Source: Fervidicoccaceae archaeon (GTDB lineage: Archaea; Thermoproteota; Thermoprotei_A; Sulfolobales; Fervidicoccaceae). From it: a stretch of DNA of 64,000 nt. The notes below the pieces were generated by a model, which ran no database searches, had not been told where the DNA came from, and saw only the letters and a list, made by a program, of their open reading frames with translations. Made by a program: the position numbers and the translations under genes. Positions within the stretch are counted from its first letter, which is position 1. Every line of letters begins with the position of its first letter. The stretch spans positions 1 to 64,000 of the forward strand of contig JAVYOA010000001.1 of NCBI GenBank assembly GCA_038734945.1, written 5' to 3'. This document shows, piece after piece, positions 18,474-27,603 of this stretch.

Positions 18474-20912
18474 ATGTTCTTGAGTGCAAATCAGTTCAAA
18501 ATAATAGGAAAGCCTGTGCCACCGCCCGATCTTTATGAGAAGGTGACAGCTTCTGCCCAATACGTCTTTGACATGGAATTCCCTGGTCTTCTCCATGCAA
18601 AGCTGGTAACTTCAAGAGAGCCGCATGCGAGAATAAAGAATGTGGATTTCAGTAAAGCCCTGCAGGTTCCTGGAGTAGTCACAGTTGCCGTAGGAAAGGA
18701 TTTTCCCTATAGACTTGGGATCTACGTGGGAGATAGAGATATCTTGGCCATAGACAAGGCTCTGTGGGTTGGTCATCCAGTTGCAGCTGTTGTTGCTGAA
18801 AACGTGAGGGCTGCTGAGAAAGCAATTGATTTGATTGAAGTTGAATATGATTCTCTTCCCCCTGTCTTTGATCCTGAAGATGCAATAAAGCCAGATGCCC
18901 CGATACTTCACCCTGATCTTGGAAAGTACAGGATCTCTCCAGCATTCAAGCCGATTCCTGGCACAAATATAGCGAATCTGTTCAAGCTTCAGAAAGGGCA
19001 GGGTGAAGCGGCTATAGATTCAGCTGATGTTGTTATTGAGAGAAACTTCAAGATACCGTTCATAACACATGCATATATGGAGACATGGAACACGATTGCT
19101 CACTATAAGGTAACTGGGGACGTGGAGATTTGGACCAGCAGTCAGTCGCCCTATGCTCCAAGGTACCTAACAGCCATGAGCCTTGGAATACCTGTTGGTA
19201 AGATCAAGATAAGGATCCCCTATGTCGGAGGGGGGTTTGGAGGAAAGGCTGGAATATTGAATGAGCCCCTTGTTGCAATGCTCTCAAAGAAAGCAGGCTA
19301 TAAGCCAGTGAAGCTAACCATGTCGAGAGCTGAGCAAATGAAGAGCATGCCAATAGTTGCAGGATATAGAGCAAAGGCAAAGATGGGGTTCAGAAAAGAT
19401 GGGAGAATAGTTGCCTATTCGGTGAGATTTCTATTCGACGGTGGAGCCTTTGCAGACTATGCAGTAAACGTTGCCAGGACAGCTGGATACGCATGTACAG
19501 GAGTTTACGATATGCCAAACGTATACTGCGAAAGCATAACTGCTTATACAAACAAAGTACCAACAACTGCCATAAGAGGATTTGGATATCCTGAAAACCA
19601 CTGGGTTCTTGAGAGAATGATGGATATAGGTGCCAAGGAGCTTGGACTAGATCCTCTGGAGATCAGAAGCAAGAACTTCCTGAGAATGGGTGACCCATCT
19701 TCAACTACTGGCTATGGAACCCCGATGAGGGCTGACCAGGGAGATCTTCCTGGAGTCATGAGAACTTCGGCTGAGCTCATAGAGTGGGGGAAGGAGCCTG
19801 AGCAGCCAAAGGAGCCCTGGAAGATAAGAGCTAAGGGGATAGCAGTTAGCTTGAAGGGGCCTAGTCAGCCTCCAAACGCTGTAGATGCAGCCATAATAAA
19901 GTTCAATGAGGATGCAAGCGTAGATGTAATGGTGGCAACTGGAAACTATGGACAGGGAACAGTCAATGCCCTCAGAATGCTTGTAGCTGAATACTTCGAT
20001 CTTCCTCTTGAGAAGGTTCATATATCATGGATGAACAGCACAGAGTGGAACCCATATACCTGGCAGACTGTGGGAAGTAGAAGCTTGTTTACCGTAGGAT
20101 CAGCACTTCTCGAAGCCGCTGAAGATGCCAAGAGACAGATCTTGGATGTTGCAAGTAAAGTTTTGAAGGTGAAGCCCGAAGAACTCGAAATTGCCGATGG
20201 CAAGGTGTACGTCAAGGGTGAGCCATGGTCGTCTGTGCCACTAACCGAGATTGTTATGGGATACACGTTCCCCAATGGTCAAGTATACGGTGGGCCAATA
20301 ATAGGAAGAGGAAAGCACTATCCTGCTGTGCTAAGCTACCTTGATCCCGATACTGGGCAGGCCCTTCCGATTAATACGGAGACTGGTCATTCCGAGCCAG
20401 GACATGTTACTGTTTTCTACACGTTTGGTTCAACAGCTGTTGAAATCGAACTAGATCTCCTCACTGGAGAGGTAAAGGTCCTGAAGGCTACTCAAGTCTA
20501 TGATTTGGGGAGAGTGATCAACCCATTGACAGCAGCTGGACAGGCATATGGAGGTCTCGTTATGGGGATGAGTAGGGCTCTGTTTGAGGAGATCATATTC
20601 GATGATACAGGTGGGGTGGCCAATCCTAACTTCAGCTTCTATTATATAGCCAGAGCTAAGGATGTTCCAGATGAAGTGATGGTCAAGTTCCTTGAGACGC
20701 CTCAAGCCAATGGACCTTTTGGTGCCAGAGGATTCTCCGAAAATGTGATGATAGCTGTCATACCCGCTATAGGCAACGCCATACAGAGAGCAACTGGAGT
20801 TGAGATAACCGAGCTCCCACTCACTCACGAGAGAGTTTGGAGAGCAATCAAAGAGCAGAGGCCGGACCTAATAGAAAAAGCGATTAAAGCGCTCAAGGAG
20901 TGGAAGGGGTGA
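18474..20912 (+). CDS. Xanthine dehydrogenase-family molybdopterin-binding (large) subunit, aldehyde oxidoreductase type
   Basis: HAYMET, SSQSP, VGGGFGGK, AIRGFG, GQG, TVGSRS, GARGFSE. Confidence 0.9.
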   Translation: MFLSANQFKIIGKPVPPPDLYEKVTASAQYVFDMEFPGLLHAKLVTSREPHARIKNVDFSKALQVPGVVTVAVGKDFPYRLGIYVGDRDILAIDKALWVGHPVAAVVAENVRAAEKAIDLIEVEYDSLPPVFDPEDAIKPDAPILHPDLGKYRISPAFKPIPGTNIANLFKLQKGQGEAAIDSADVVIERNFKIPFITHAYMETWNTIAHYKVTGDVEIWTSSQSPYAPRYLTAMSLGIPVGKIKIRIPYVGGGFGGKAGILNEPLVAMLSKKAGYKPVKLTMSRAEQMKSMPIVAGYRAKAKMGFRKDGRIVAYSVRFLFDGGAFADYAVNVARTAGYACTGVYDMPNVYCESITAYTNKVPTTAIRGFGYPENHWVLERMMDIGAKELGLDPLEIRSKNFLRMGDPSSTTGYGTPMRADQGDLPGVMRTSAELIEWGKEPEQPKEPWKIRAKGIAVSLKGPSQPPNAVDAAIIKFNEDASVDVMVATGNYGQGTVNALRMLVAEYFDLPLEKVHISWMNSTEWNPYTWQTVGSRSLFTVGSALLEAAEDAKRQILDVASKVLKVKPEELEIADGKVYVKGEPWSSVPLTEIVMGYTFPNGQVYGGPIIGRGKHYPAVLSYLDPDTGQALPINTETGHSEPGHVTVFYTFGSTAVEIELDLLTGEVKVLKATQVYDLGRVINPLTAAGQAYGGLVMGMSRALFEEIIFDDTGGVANPNFSFYYIARAKDVPDEVMVKFLETPQANGPFGARGFSENVMIAVIPAIGNAIQRATGVEITELPLTHERVWRAIKEQRPDLIEKAIKALKEWKG

Positions 20913-20918
20913 GATGAG

Positions 20919-21809
20919 ATGTCTGCACCTTACTTTACCCTGCCAGAATTCAAGTATGTGAAACCAGGGAGTCTAGATGAGGCATTGAAGTTGCTGAAGG
21001 AGAACGAGGGGGCAGCAAAGATAATGAATGGTGGAATAGGTCTCCTCGGCTTCATGAAAGAGAGATTGCTTGAGGCTCAAATTGTAGTGGACATAAAGGG
21101 AATTCCCGAATTGAAGAAAATTGAATACATTCCTGGAAAGGGTCTCCTTGTAGGAGCAACAGTCACTGCCAATGAAACTAAAGAGTTCCTGGAGCAAAAT
21201 CCCGAGCTGAAGGAGAAATATAGAGCTTTGTATGAAGCTGCTCAGGTCATGGCCGACGCAATAATAAGGAACAGGGCTACTTTAGTTGGAAACATATTGG
21301 AAGGCTTGCCCTATGTTGACATACCAGGACCAGCTGTTTTGTTTGATGCCGAGGTCCATGCTGTGAGTGCAGAAGGTGACAGATGGCTTCCTGTAGATGG
21401 GTTAGTTCTTGGACCAGCAACCACCAACCTGCTTCCGACGGAGATCGTTACGGAAATTCTATTTAGGGAACCTCCTGTAGGTGGAAGGTCTACCTATGTT
21501 AAGATGCAATCGAGAACTGAATACGGAATAGTCAATCTCTCTGCTCTCATTGCAAATCCAAATGATCCTGGGAAGAGAGATGTAAGGCTCGTGGTAACAT
21601 CTGCTACGCAGCTTCCCTACCGCGCAAGAGAATTTGAGGAGAGGCTCAAGAGAGCAGAGAGGATAGAGGATGTACTTGAAGGGGAGGTTGATAATATGAT
21701 AAGCAAGTTGGATGTAATAGAGGATCCGTATGCAAGTGCAGAGTTCAGAAAGCATCTGATCAAAGTTTTGACATTGAAAGCTATGAAGACCCTTCTCTCA
21801 GGTGAGTGA
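20919..21809 (+). CDS. Xanthine dehydrogenase-family FAD-binding (medium) subunit
   Basis: FKYVKP.SLDEA, NGG, IRNRATLVGN, ASAEFRKHL. Confidence 0.9.
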   Translation: MSAPYFTLPEFKYVKPGSLDEALKLLKENEGAAKIMNGGIGLLGFMKERLLEAQIVVDIKGIPELKKIEYIPGKGLLVGATVTANETKEFLEQNPELKEKYRALYEAAQVMADAIIRNRATLVGNILEGLPYVDIPGPAVLFDAEVHAVSAEGDRWLPVDGLVLGPATTNLLPTEIVTEILFREPPVGGRSTYVKMQSRTEYGIVNLSALIANPNDPGKRDVRLVVTSATQLPYRAREFEERLKRAERIEDVLEGEVDNMISKLDVIEDPYASAEFRKHLIKVLTLKAMKTLLSGE

Positions 21810-21811
21810 GA

Positions 21812-22282
21812 ATGGCGAGAACGATAACTTTCAGGCTAAATGGTAGGCAGAGAACAGTCCAAATAGAGGACAATGAAACTCTGCTGGAAGTGCTGAGGGA
21901 CAGGCTAGGAGAGACAAGCGTTAAGGCTGCATGCTGGAAGGGAGAATGCGGTCTGTGCACTGTACTCTTCAATGGGAGGCCTGTTAAGTCCTGCATGGTT
22001 CTAGGGGTCGAGGCAGATGGAGCTGAGATTATAACTGCTGCTGGTATAAGCAAGGATGGAGAGCTTGCTCCGATACAGAAGGCTTTTATCGAGCATGGAG
22101 CGTTTCAGTGCGGCTTCTGCACTCCAGCGTTTGTAGTTGCATCGCACTATTTCCTTCAGAAGAATCCAAACCCAACCAGGGAGGAAGTCAAGGAATTCCT
22201 GAGCGGAATACTCTGCAGATGCACAGGCTACAAGCAAATAATCGATGCAATAATGGATGCAGCTAAGTACTACAGAAAATAA
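21812..22282 (+). CDS. Xanthine dehydrogenase-family (2Fe-2S) small subunit
   Basis: CWKGECGLC, QCGFCTP, LCRCTGY. Confidence 0.93.
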   Translation: MARTITFRLNGRQRTVQIEDNETLLEVLRDRLGETSVKAACWKGECGLCTVLFNGRPVKSCMVLGVEADGAEIITAAGISKDGELAPIQKAFIEHGAFQCGFCTPAFVVASHYFLQKNPNPTREEVKEFLSGILCRCTGYKQIIDAIMDAAKYYRK

Positions 22283-22283
22283 C

Positions 22284-22302
22284 TTTTTTTGAAACTTTTT
22301 TC
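22284..22302 (+). terminator. T-rich archaeal terminator after the Mo-hydroxylase operon
   Basis: Two T-tracts (TTTTTTT, TTTTTT) directly after the small-subunit stop codon. Confidence 0.45.
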
Positions 22303-22306
22303 CTGG

Positions 22307-23161
22307 TTATATAAAAGTGCTCAATGCAAATAGAATAAGTGTTGTTCCCAGGAACATAGTGAACCCTCTGAATATCTTCTTTGCCAGCTCCTTCTCAGAG
22401 CTTCTGATGTACTTCAGCTGCAGAGCTATAAGGTACAGAGCTATTGCTGAGACTAAAGCTACCGTCCATAGCTTCACTATTTTGCTGGTCCAAAGAAGTG
22501 CTATTAGAGCTATCATCATGAGAGTTACAGCTATGGAAATAGCACCTGTTTTCTCCCTTCCGACTATTATGGGGAACATCGGAACCTTGGCCCTTATGTA
22601 ATCCTCGGAATAATATGATGAAATGTACCATATATGATTCAGGGACCACATTGAAATTATCATCATGAGCACTATTCCTCCGCTCAGCGGAGAGCCAGGA
22701 TGGGCGAGCCAACCTCCCAGAGAGGGTGATCCTCCAGCTAGGCTACCAACAACAACGCTGAGGGAGGTCCTCCGCTTTAAAAGATATGTATAGGCAACAA
22801 GGTCTATGAATGTTCCTAAAAGGCCTGCTAGTAAGACCGCGAAGTTTATCAGAGCAGATGCTCCTAAACCTATGAGCAAGCAGGCTGAGGAAAATGCCAA
22901 GGCCTCCTTTTCTTTAAGCTTTCCAGAAGGAAGCGCTCTCTTGGAAGTCCTTTTCATTATTCCATCTATATCTCTATCCAAATACATGTTGAAGCCTGTG
23001 GTCCCTGCTATGGTGAAGTACAGCGATATTGTCAATATTGCTAGAATTGCTAGGTCTATGTTGCCACCGGAGGACATGATATATGCAATTATCCCAGAAA
23101 GCACCAGGAAGGCTGTTTGAGTCGGCTTGAAGAGATCGAGGAAAACTGCTGAGAGATTCAA
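22307..23161 (-). CDS. ctaB: Protoheme IX farnesyltransferase (heme O synthase, UbiA family)
   Basis: FNMYLDRDIDGIMKRTSKRALPSG, YTYLLKRRT, DY..AKVPM; TTG 23161 overlaps the thiL stop. Confidence 0.85.
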   Translation of the reverse strand: MNLSAVFLDLFKPTQTAFLVLSGIIAYIMSSGGNIDLAILAILTISLYFTIAGTTGFNMYLDRDIDGIMKRTSKRALPSGKLKEKEALAFSSACLLIGLGASALINFAVLLAGLLGTFIDLVAYTYLLKRRTSLSVVVGSLAGGSPSLGGWLAHPGSPLSGGIVLMMIISMWSLNHIWYISSYYSEDYIRAKVPMFPIIVGREKTGAISIAVTLMMIALIALLWTSKIVKLWTVALVSAIALYLIALQLKYIRSSEKELAKKIFRGFTMFLGTTLILFALSTFI

Positions 23162-24147
23162 TGATCTTCCCCACTTCTGAAGTGATCCCAACCTTCTCCC
23201 AGTATCTCTTTTCCTTTGTAAAATATTTTTCCATCTCCCCTGAGCGCCCTGCCTATCTCAAGGCATCTGATCCCAACTGCCCTACATGCTTCAATAACTC
23301 TTTCAACGGGCTCGCTTGTTGTGAAAATTATCTCGTACTCCTCTCCTCCAAACAAAGTTGCCTGAAGAGGATCTACGCTGAACTTTCTCAATAGTTTTCT
23401 CATGTAATTCGATATGGGTATTCTGCTCAGCTCAATTGAGATTTCGCTGCTTTCAGCAATTAGCCTGAGGCTCTTTGCCAAACCATCGCTGGAGTCTATT
23501 GCTGAGTCTATTCGAATCAATCTAGCTAGCTCTGAAAATGATGTCACGGCAGCTGGACGAAAGCTTAGAAGCCTCCTAGATGCCTTTTTCCAGGCTCCAC
23601 TCACAAAGAGATTGTAGAGGAGGCCAGGTTTGCCATAACCATTCTGCACTGTTGTAAATACTTTGTCTCCGGGATTGGCCCCATTTCTTGGAATAGGATA
23701 GCCTGAGGAAAGCTTTCCTATTGCTGCTACGTCAATCCATATTTCTCCCCTGCTTGAATTCAGATCTCCTCCGAGGAATGAAGCTTCATACCAGTGAAGT
23801 GCTTCTCTTATTCCCCTGGCGAGATCCTTGACTGTGCTTAGCTCCATGTTTCTCGGAATACCCAAGCTGTATACTATGCCCACTGCTCTGTAGCCTTTAG
23901 CAGAAAGATCGCTTATGGGACCTGTAACTGCTCTCCATCCCCAGTCCCTCAAGCTTTCCCATGGGTAGCGACTCATGCTCTCGCTGTAGCCATCTATTTT
24001 AACAGCGATTTCGCACCCATCTAGGGCCTGCACGTCGTCCTCTGTTGGAAAGCAGGCATTCCTATTAATGACGGGCTTCAGAATTCTCAAAATGCTCCGT
24101 ATGGTCTCGATTTCTCCCAGCTCAAATACTTTCTTGCTTCTCCTCAA
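23158..24147 (-). CDS. thiL: Thiamine-monophosphate kinase
   Basis: LGE, EDD, ISDL.AKG, GGD, IDSSDGL, GGEEYE, GWDHF. Confidence 0.88.
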   Translation of the reverse strand: MRRSKKVFELGEIETIRSILRILKPVINRNACFPTEDDVQALDGCEIAVKIDGYSESMSRYPWESLRDWGWRAVTGPISDLSAKGYRAVGIVYSLGIPRNMELSTVKDLARGIREALHWYEASFLGGDLNSSRGEIWIDVAAIGKLSSGYPIPRNGANPGDKVFTTVQNGYGKPGLLYNLFVSGAWKKASRRLLSFRPAAVTSFSELARLIRIDSAIDSSDGLAKSLRLIAESSEISIELSRIPISNYMRKLLRKFSVDPLQATLFGGEEYEIIFTTSEPVERVIEACRAVGIRCLEIGRALRGDGKIFYKGKEILGEGWDHFRSGEDH

Positions 24148-24727
24148 GCAAAAGCTCCCTCAGCTTCTCATTAAGTCTTTTCAACCTTTCCCTTCCCTCG
24201 AGTATAGATCCATTAATTATGGATAGCAAATCAGATAGAGAGGCTTCATTAATAAATATTTTAGCACTGTCTCTGAGAGGCACGAATAGCTGGGTGCCGC
24301 TTATTAGCTCAACCATGAAGCAACCCTCCGATGCACTCATTATGCCGGAGTGCTTGAAGCCAGAAGCTCTGGCAGCAATAAGGAGCTTCTTTGCTTCTTC
24401 TAGATCTCTAGAGCATATGTGGATTATTGGCCCACTTACTATTAGCCATAGGAGTTTTTTTGGCTCGAATTCAATTAGCTTCTTGAGCTCTTCGACGGTG
24501 ATCTCCCCATGCTTCTTGAAGAGAACTGGCTCTTCGTCCTCTCTTCTCCAGGGATAGTCGGAATCAACAGCTGTGATCCTTCCAATGCATGATGATGTTG
24601 TGTAGCTCCTCTTTCTAGAGTTTATCAAGCTCAACGTATCCTCAATTCCTGGGTCAAGGTATCCTATCTCCCTATCGGCTCTAATTCTTTCGAGGAATTC
24701 TGTCTTTCTCTTTTCCCAAGCATCCAT
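24122..24727 (-). CDS. taw3: tRNA wyosine-derivative methyltransferase Taw3/TYW3
   Basis: GYLD, YTTSSCIGRI, KKH, PIIHI, GFKHSG. Confidence 0.88.
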   Translation of the reverse strand: MDAWEKRKTEFLERIRADREIGYLDPGIEDTLSLINSRKRSYTTSSCIGRITAVDSDYPWRREDEEPVLFKKHGEITVEELKKLIEFEPKKLLWLIVSGPIIHICSRDLEEAKKLLIAARASGFKHSGIMSASEGCFMVELISGTQLFVPLRDSAKIFINEASLSDLLSIINGSILEGRERLKRLNEKLRELLLEEKQESI

Positions 24728-24915
24728 TTTCAGCTGCCCCTACAGCTCATTATCCTTCTACATTTTTAACCTCCATCTCTTTCTTTTAATAAAATGGGTC
24801 TCGGGTCTGCGAGCATTACCCATGATGGACCACGAACATTTTCCATGTAGAAAGTTCAGAGATCATTTGCTTAAAAACCTAGATCCATTACTAAAATTTT
24901 GTTGGTGGAAAGAAA

Positions 24916-25092
24916 GTGAAGAGATCGGGGACAGCTCTCATAACATGTAAGGTTCCGTACGAGATGGCTAAAGAGATAGACGAGCTTGTGAGCAGGGGAC
25001 GCTTTGAGAGCAGAAGCGATGCAATAAGATTTGCCATAGGTCTCCTCCTTTCCACAAATCAAGCAGAAGAGGAGCAGAATAGTGCCGTCTGA
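24916..25092 (+). CDS. Ribbon-helix-helix (CopG/Arc/MetJ) DNA-binding protein, 58 aa
   Basis: Hand translation MKRSGTALITCKVPYEMAKEIDELVSRGRFESRSDAIRFAIGLLL...; classic RHH pattern; not in the ORF track. Confidence 0.8.
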   Translation: MKRSGTALITCKVPYEMAKEIDELVSRGRFESRSDAIRFAIGLLLSTNQAEEEQNSAV

Positions 25093-25336
25093 GAGCAGAG
25101 AGTCTACGGGCGACAGGAAGAAGCTGTATCCCGATTTAAACGAAACAGAATATAGGGCCCTTGTTTACTTCATGAACAATATATCAGTAGGGGAGATCCT
25201 CGCAATAAGGGAGCTGGAGAGCATTGTTGGTATAAAGGATCCGAGGGCTGTAATTGATTCTCTAATAGCAAAGGGATATATTGAAAGAGGTGCTGGTTGT
25301 TTCAATCTATCAAGGCGGAAATTCCCACACAAATAA
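25082..25336 (+). CDS. PolB1-binding protein PBP2-like winged-helix protein
   Basis: YF..NISVGEI.A..EL..GI.DP.AVI..LI.KG.IERG.GCFNL matches my recollection of Sulfolobus PBP2. Confidence 0.75.
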   Translation: MPSESRESTGDRKKLYPDLNETEYRALVYFMNNISVGEILAIRELESIVGIKDPRAVIDSLIAKGYIERGAGCFNLSRRKFPHK

Positions 25337-25464
25337 ATAGAGATTGGAGAAAGGGTTAACAATCAGTTTTGGAATTAACTGTATTTCATGATCCTGCTCC
25401 AAGAAATTGGGCTAGAATTTGTAAAGATTTATTAGACTTACTTCAAAGTAATAAAGGCTCAGAA

Positions 25465-25539
25465 GGGCCCGTCGTCTAGCCTGGTTAGGACGCCGCCCTG
25501 ACACGGCGGAGGTCCTGGGTTCGAGTCCCAGCGGGCCCA
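25465..25539 (+). tRNA. tRNA-Val(GAC)
   Basis: GGGCCCG/CGGGCCC acceptor stem, CCGCC-CTGACAC-GGCGG anticodon arm, GGTTCGAGTCC T-arm; no encoded CCA and no intron. Confidence 0.96.
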
Positions 25540-25705
25540 CTACTTTTCAAGCTTCTTGAAATACCTGCTATTGGAGGCTCAATAGAAACTAAATGAATGA
25601 GGCAGAGTTTCGCCCATTTTTCTCTGGATTTCTAAGTGGAGCTAAGCATAATACCCTAGTTCAATTTTTATTGCATAGGAGATCCTTTCACAGCCACTGA
25701 AATTT

Positions 25706-26920
25706 TCAAAAATCTAGTCTTATTGGAATAATCCTCTCGAGCTCGTTCTTCGATACCTGCGTGTTTCCCGTGATGGCTCTTATAACCTTTTGAGCTTCTG
25801 GAGAATTCAGCCATCTAACGATTGCAAGAAGCTCCCTCATCGGAGCGCTCTTTCTGGGATAGATTACGTTCACATGGTTCTCTGCAACAAAGATTGTGCC
25901 TTCTGGAACTAGGGAAGCTCTCAACGAAGCTCTCTTTGGATGCCCAACAATTCTGGATGTAACTATGGCTGGACCTCTATCTGCTTTTTCTTCAGGCCAA
26001 ACTATATACTGTGGCTTTCCTGGCTTGTTTTCGAGAACAAGCTTGCCATCCCTAATGTTGTGAGACCATATGAGCAAGATGCCATCACGGGGATTGTCAA
26101 CGAGCTTCTCCTTGTTCTTGTTCCATACAATCTTTCCAGTTCTAACAGAATATCCAAGCTCGCGAAGTGTATAGCTATGATTTAAAGTTTTCCTAAGCAA
26201 ACCAGCCTCCTCTGAGAATATCTTTGAACCGTTTAGGTCTAGCACGTAGTTCTCGTTGCCTAAATCCAGCTCTCCTTTACCTCGCTTTCTCATAACGAGG
26301 ATTTGAAATGTATGATTCGCATCAGAAAAGATCCTCGAGCCGTCGAGAACTTTCATGTACTCTATGCTCGTATTTTTTGCTATATATTCTCTCAGCTTCC
26401 TGAAATATGCTCCATTGTTCATGGAGGAGGATACCACTAATCCTACGTAGCCTCCTGGCTTCACAACCCTGACTGCCAAATAAATAAAAAGTGAGTAAAT
26501 GTTGACTCTTCCCCAGAGAATTTCCTCAAATTTTTCTCTAATCTCATCGCTTGGCTTGAATTCATAATACGGAGGATTTGTAACTACGACGTCAAATTCC
26601 TCACTGAATGGTTTGGCGAGGGAATCTATTATTTCTATTTGGGCGTCTGGGATAAGCTTCTTTGCAATTTTCCCTAGCTCGGGATCGATCTCCCAGCAGA
26701 AGAGCTTGGGGCGAACAAAGTGTTCCCTAGCAGAAACTAGGAACTCCCCAGTACCGCAGGCTGGATCCAGTACCTTAGGCTCAATGAGCCTTGGAATTCT
26801 CCGAAGGACTTCCCTCCTCAAGCTCTTCGGAGTGAAGTATTGTCCCATCATTGCTCTATACTCTGGACTTCTGGAGCGAATGTATTCTAGCGTCTCGGGG
26901 CGAAGTTCTTCAGTTTCCAA
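25706..26920 (-). CDS. N6-adenine DNA methyltransferase, gamma class (TaqI/Eco57I-like), orphan
   Basis: GQYFTP, LDPACGTGEF, NPPY, NIYSLF; C-terminal target-recognition region. Confidence 0.85.
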   Translation of the reverse strand: METEELRPETLEYIRSRSPEYRAMMGQYFTPKSLRREVLRRIPRLIEPKVLDPACGTGEFLVSAREHFVRPKLFCWEIDPELGKIAKKLIPDAQIEIIDSLAKPFSEEFDVVVTNPPYYEFKPSDEIREKFEEILWGRVNIYSLFIYLAVRVVKPGGYVGLVVSSSMNNGAYFRKLREYIAKNTSIEYMKVLDGSRIFSDANHTFQILVMRKRGKGELDLGNENYVLDLNGSKIFSEEAGLLRKTLNHSYTLRELGYSVRTGKIVWNKNKEKLVDNPRDGILLIWSHNIRDGKLVLENKPGKPQYIVWPEEKADRGPAIVTSRIVGHPKRASLRASLVPEGTIFVAENHVNVIYPRKSAPMRELLAIVRWLNSPEAQKVIRAITGNTQVSKNELERIIPIRLDF

Positions 26921-27032
26921 ATCTCCTACCTAAACTCCTTTTTTTGTGAGTTTTTTACTCTAAATCATTATTAAAGCTAAGCGGAGATGTTTTAAAGCTA
27001 CTGCATTATTGCACTGCATTTATTAACTAAAA

Positions 27033-27054
27033 ATATCTTGATATATCGTGATAT
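27033..27054. promoter_or_regulatory. Palindromic operator upstream of the PadR-ABC exporter operon
   Basis: ATATC-tt-GATATATC-gt-GATAT, 18 of 22 positions dyad-symmetric, just downstream of a TTTATTAA box. Confidence 0.55.
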
Positions 27055-27114
27055 CTCAGGCTCATATGAAATGAAGACAGCTCAATTTCAAAATATTAGG
27101 GAGAGAGGTAGGAA

Positions 27115-27603
27115 ATGAAGCCAAAGGATAAAATTTTCGAGGAAAGGAAAGCTATAGCCAAGCGAACTTTCAGGCTGATTATACTCAATATTCTGAACGA
27201 GAGAAAGATGAATGGCTATGAAATAATTAAAACAATGAGGGAGATGTTCGAGGGAGAATATTCCCCAAGTCCTGGACTCGTTTATCCTACTCTCAGAGCT
27301 CTGGAAAAAGAGGGGCTAGTTCTAGTAGAGAACATAGGAGGGAGCAAATACTATCAGCCTAGCGATGAAGGAAAAAGAGTCTTGAGAGAGAGGAAGAAGG
27401 AGATAGAGGAAATGATTGAGAGAATAAAGGAGCTGAAAAGTGGAAAGCATGGAGAGCTTAAGAAGGCTGTGGAAAGGCTTCTCAGAACACTCTACATATA
27501 CTTGCCTGAGATATCTGAAAATAGGGAGAAAGAGATAGTTAGGATTCTTGATAACGCTAGAAATGAAGTTGAGAGAATTCTACAGGGTGGTAAAAATGGA
27601 TGA
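27115..27603 (+). CDS. PadR-family transcriptional regulator
   Basis: MNGYEIIK...YSPSPGLVYPTLRALEKEGLV...KYY. Confidence 0.9.
   Translation: MKPKDKIFEERKAIAKRTFRLIILNILNERKMNGYEIIKTMREMFEGEYSPSPGLVYPTLRALEKEGLVLVENIGGSKYYQPSDEGKRVLRERKKEIEEMIERIKELKSGKHGELKKAVERLLRTLYIYLPEISENREKEIVRILDNARNEVERILQGGKNG

Noticed and set aside
18474..20912. Aerobic CO dehydrogenase (coxL) call
   Set aside because: The active-site loop is AIRGFG, not AYxCSFR (form I) or AYRGAGR (form II).
24916..25336. Type II toxin-antitoxin pair
   Set aside because: The downstream protein lacks PIN/RelE/HEPN features and resembles PBP2.
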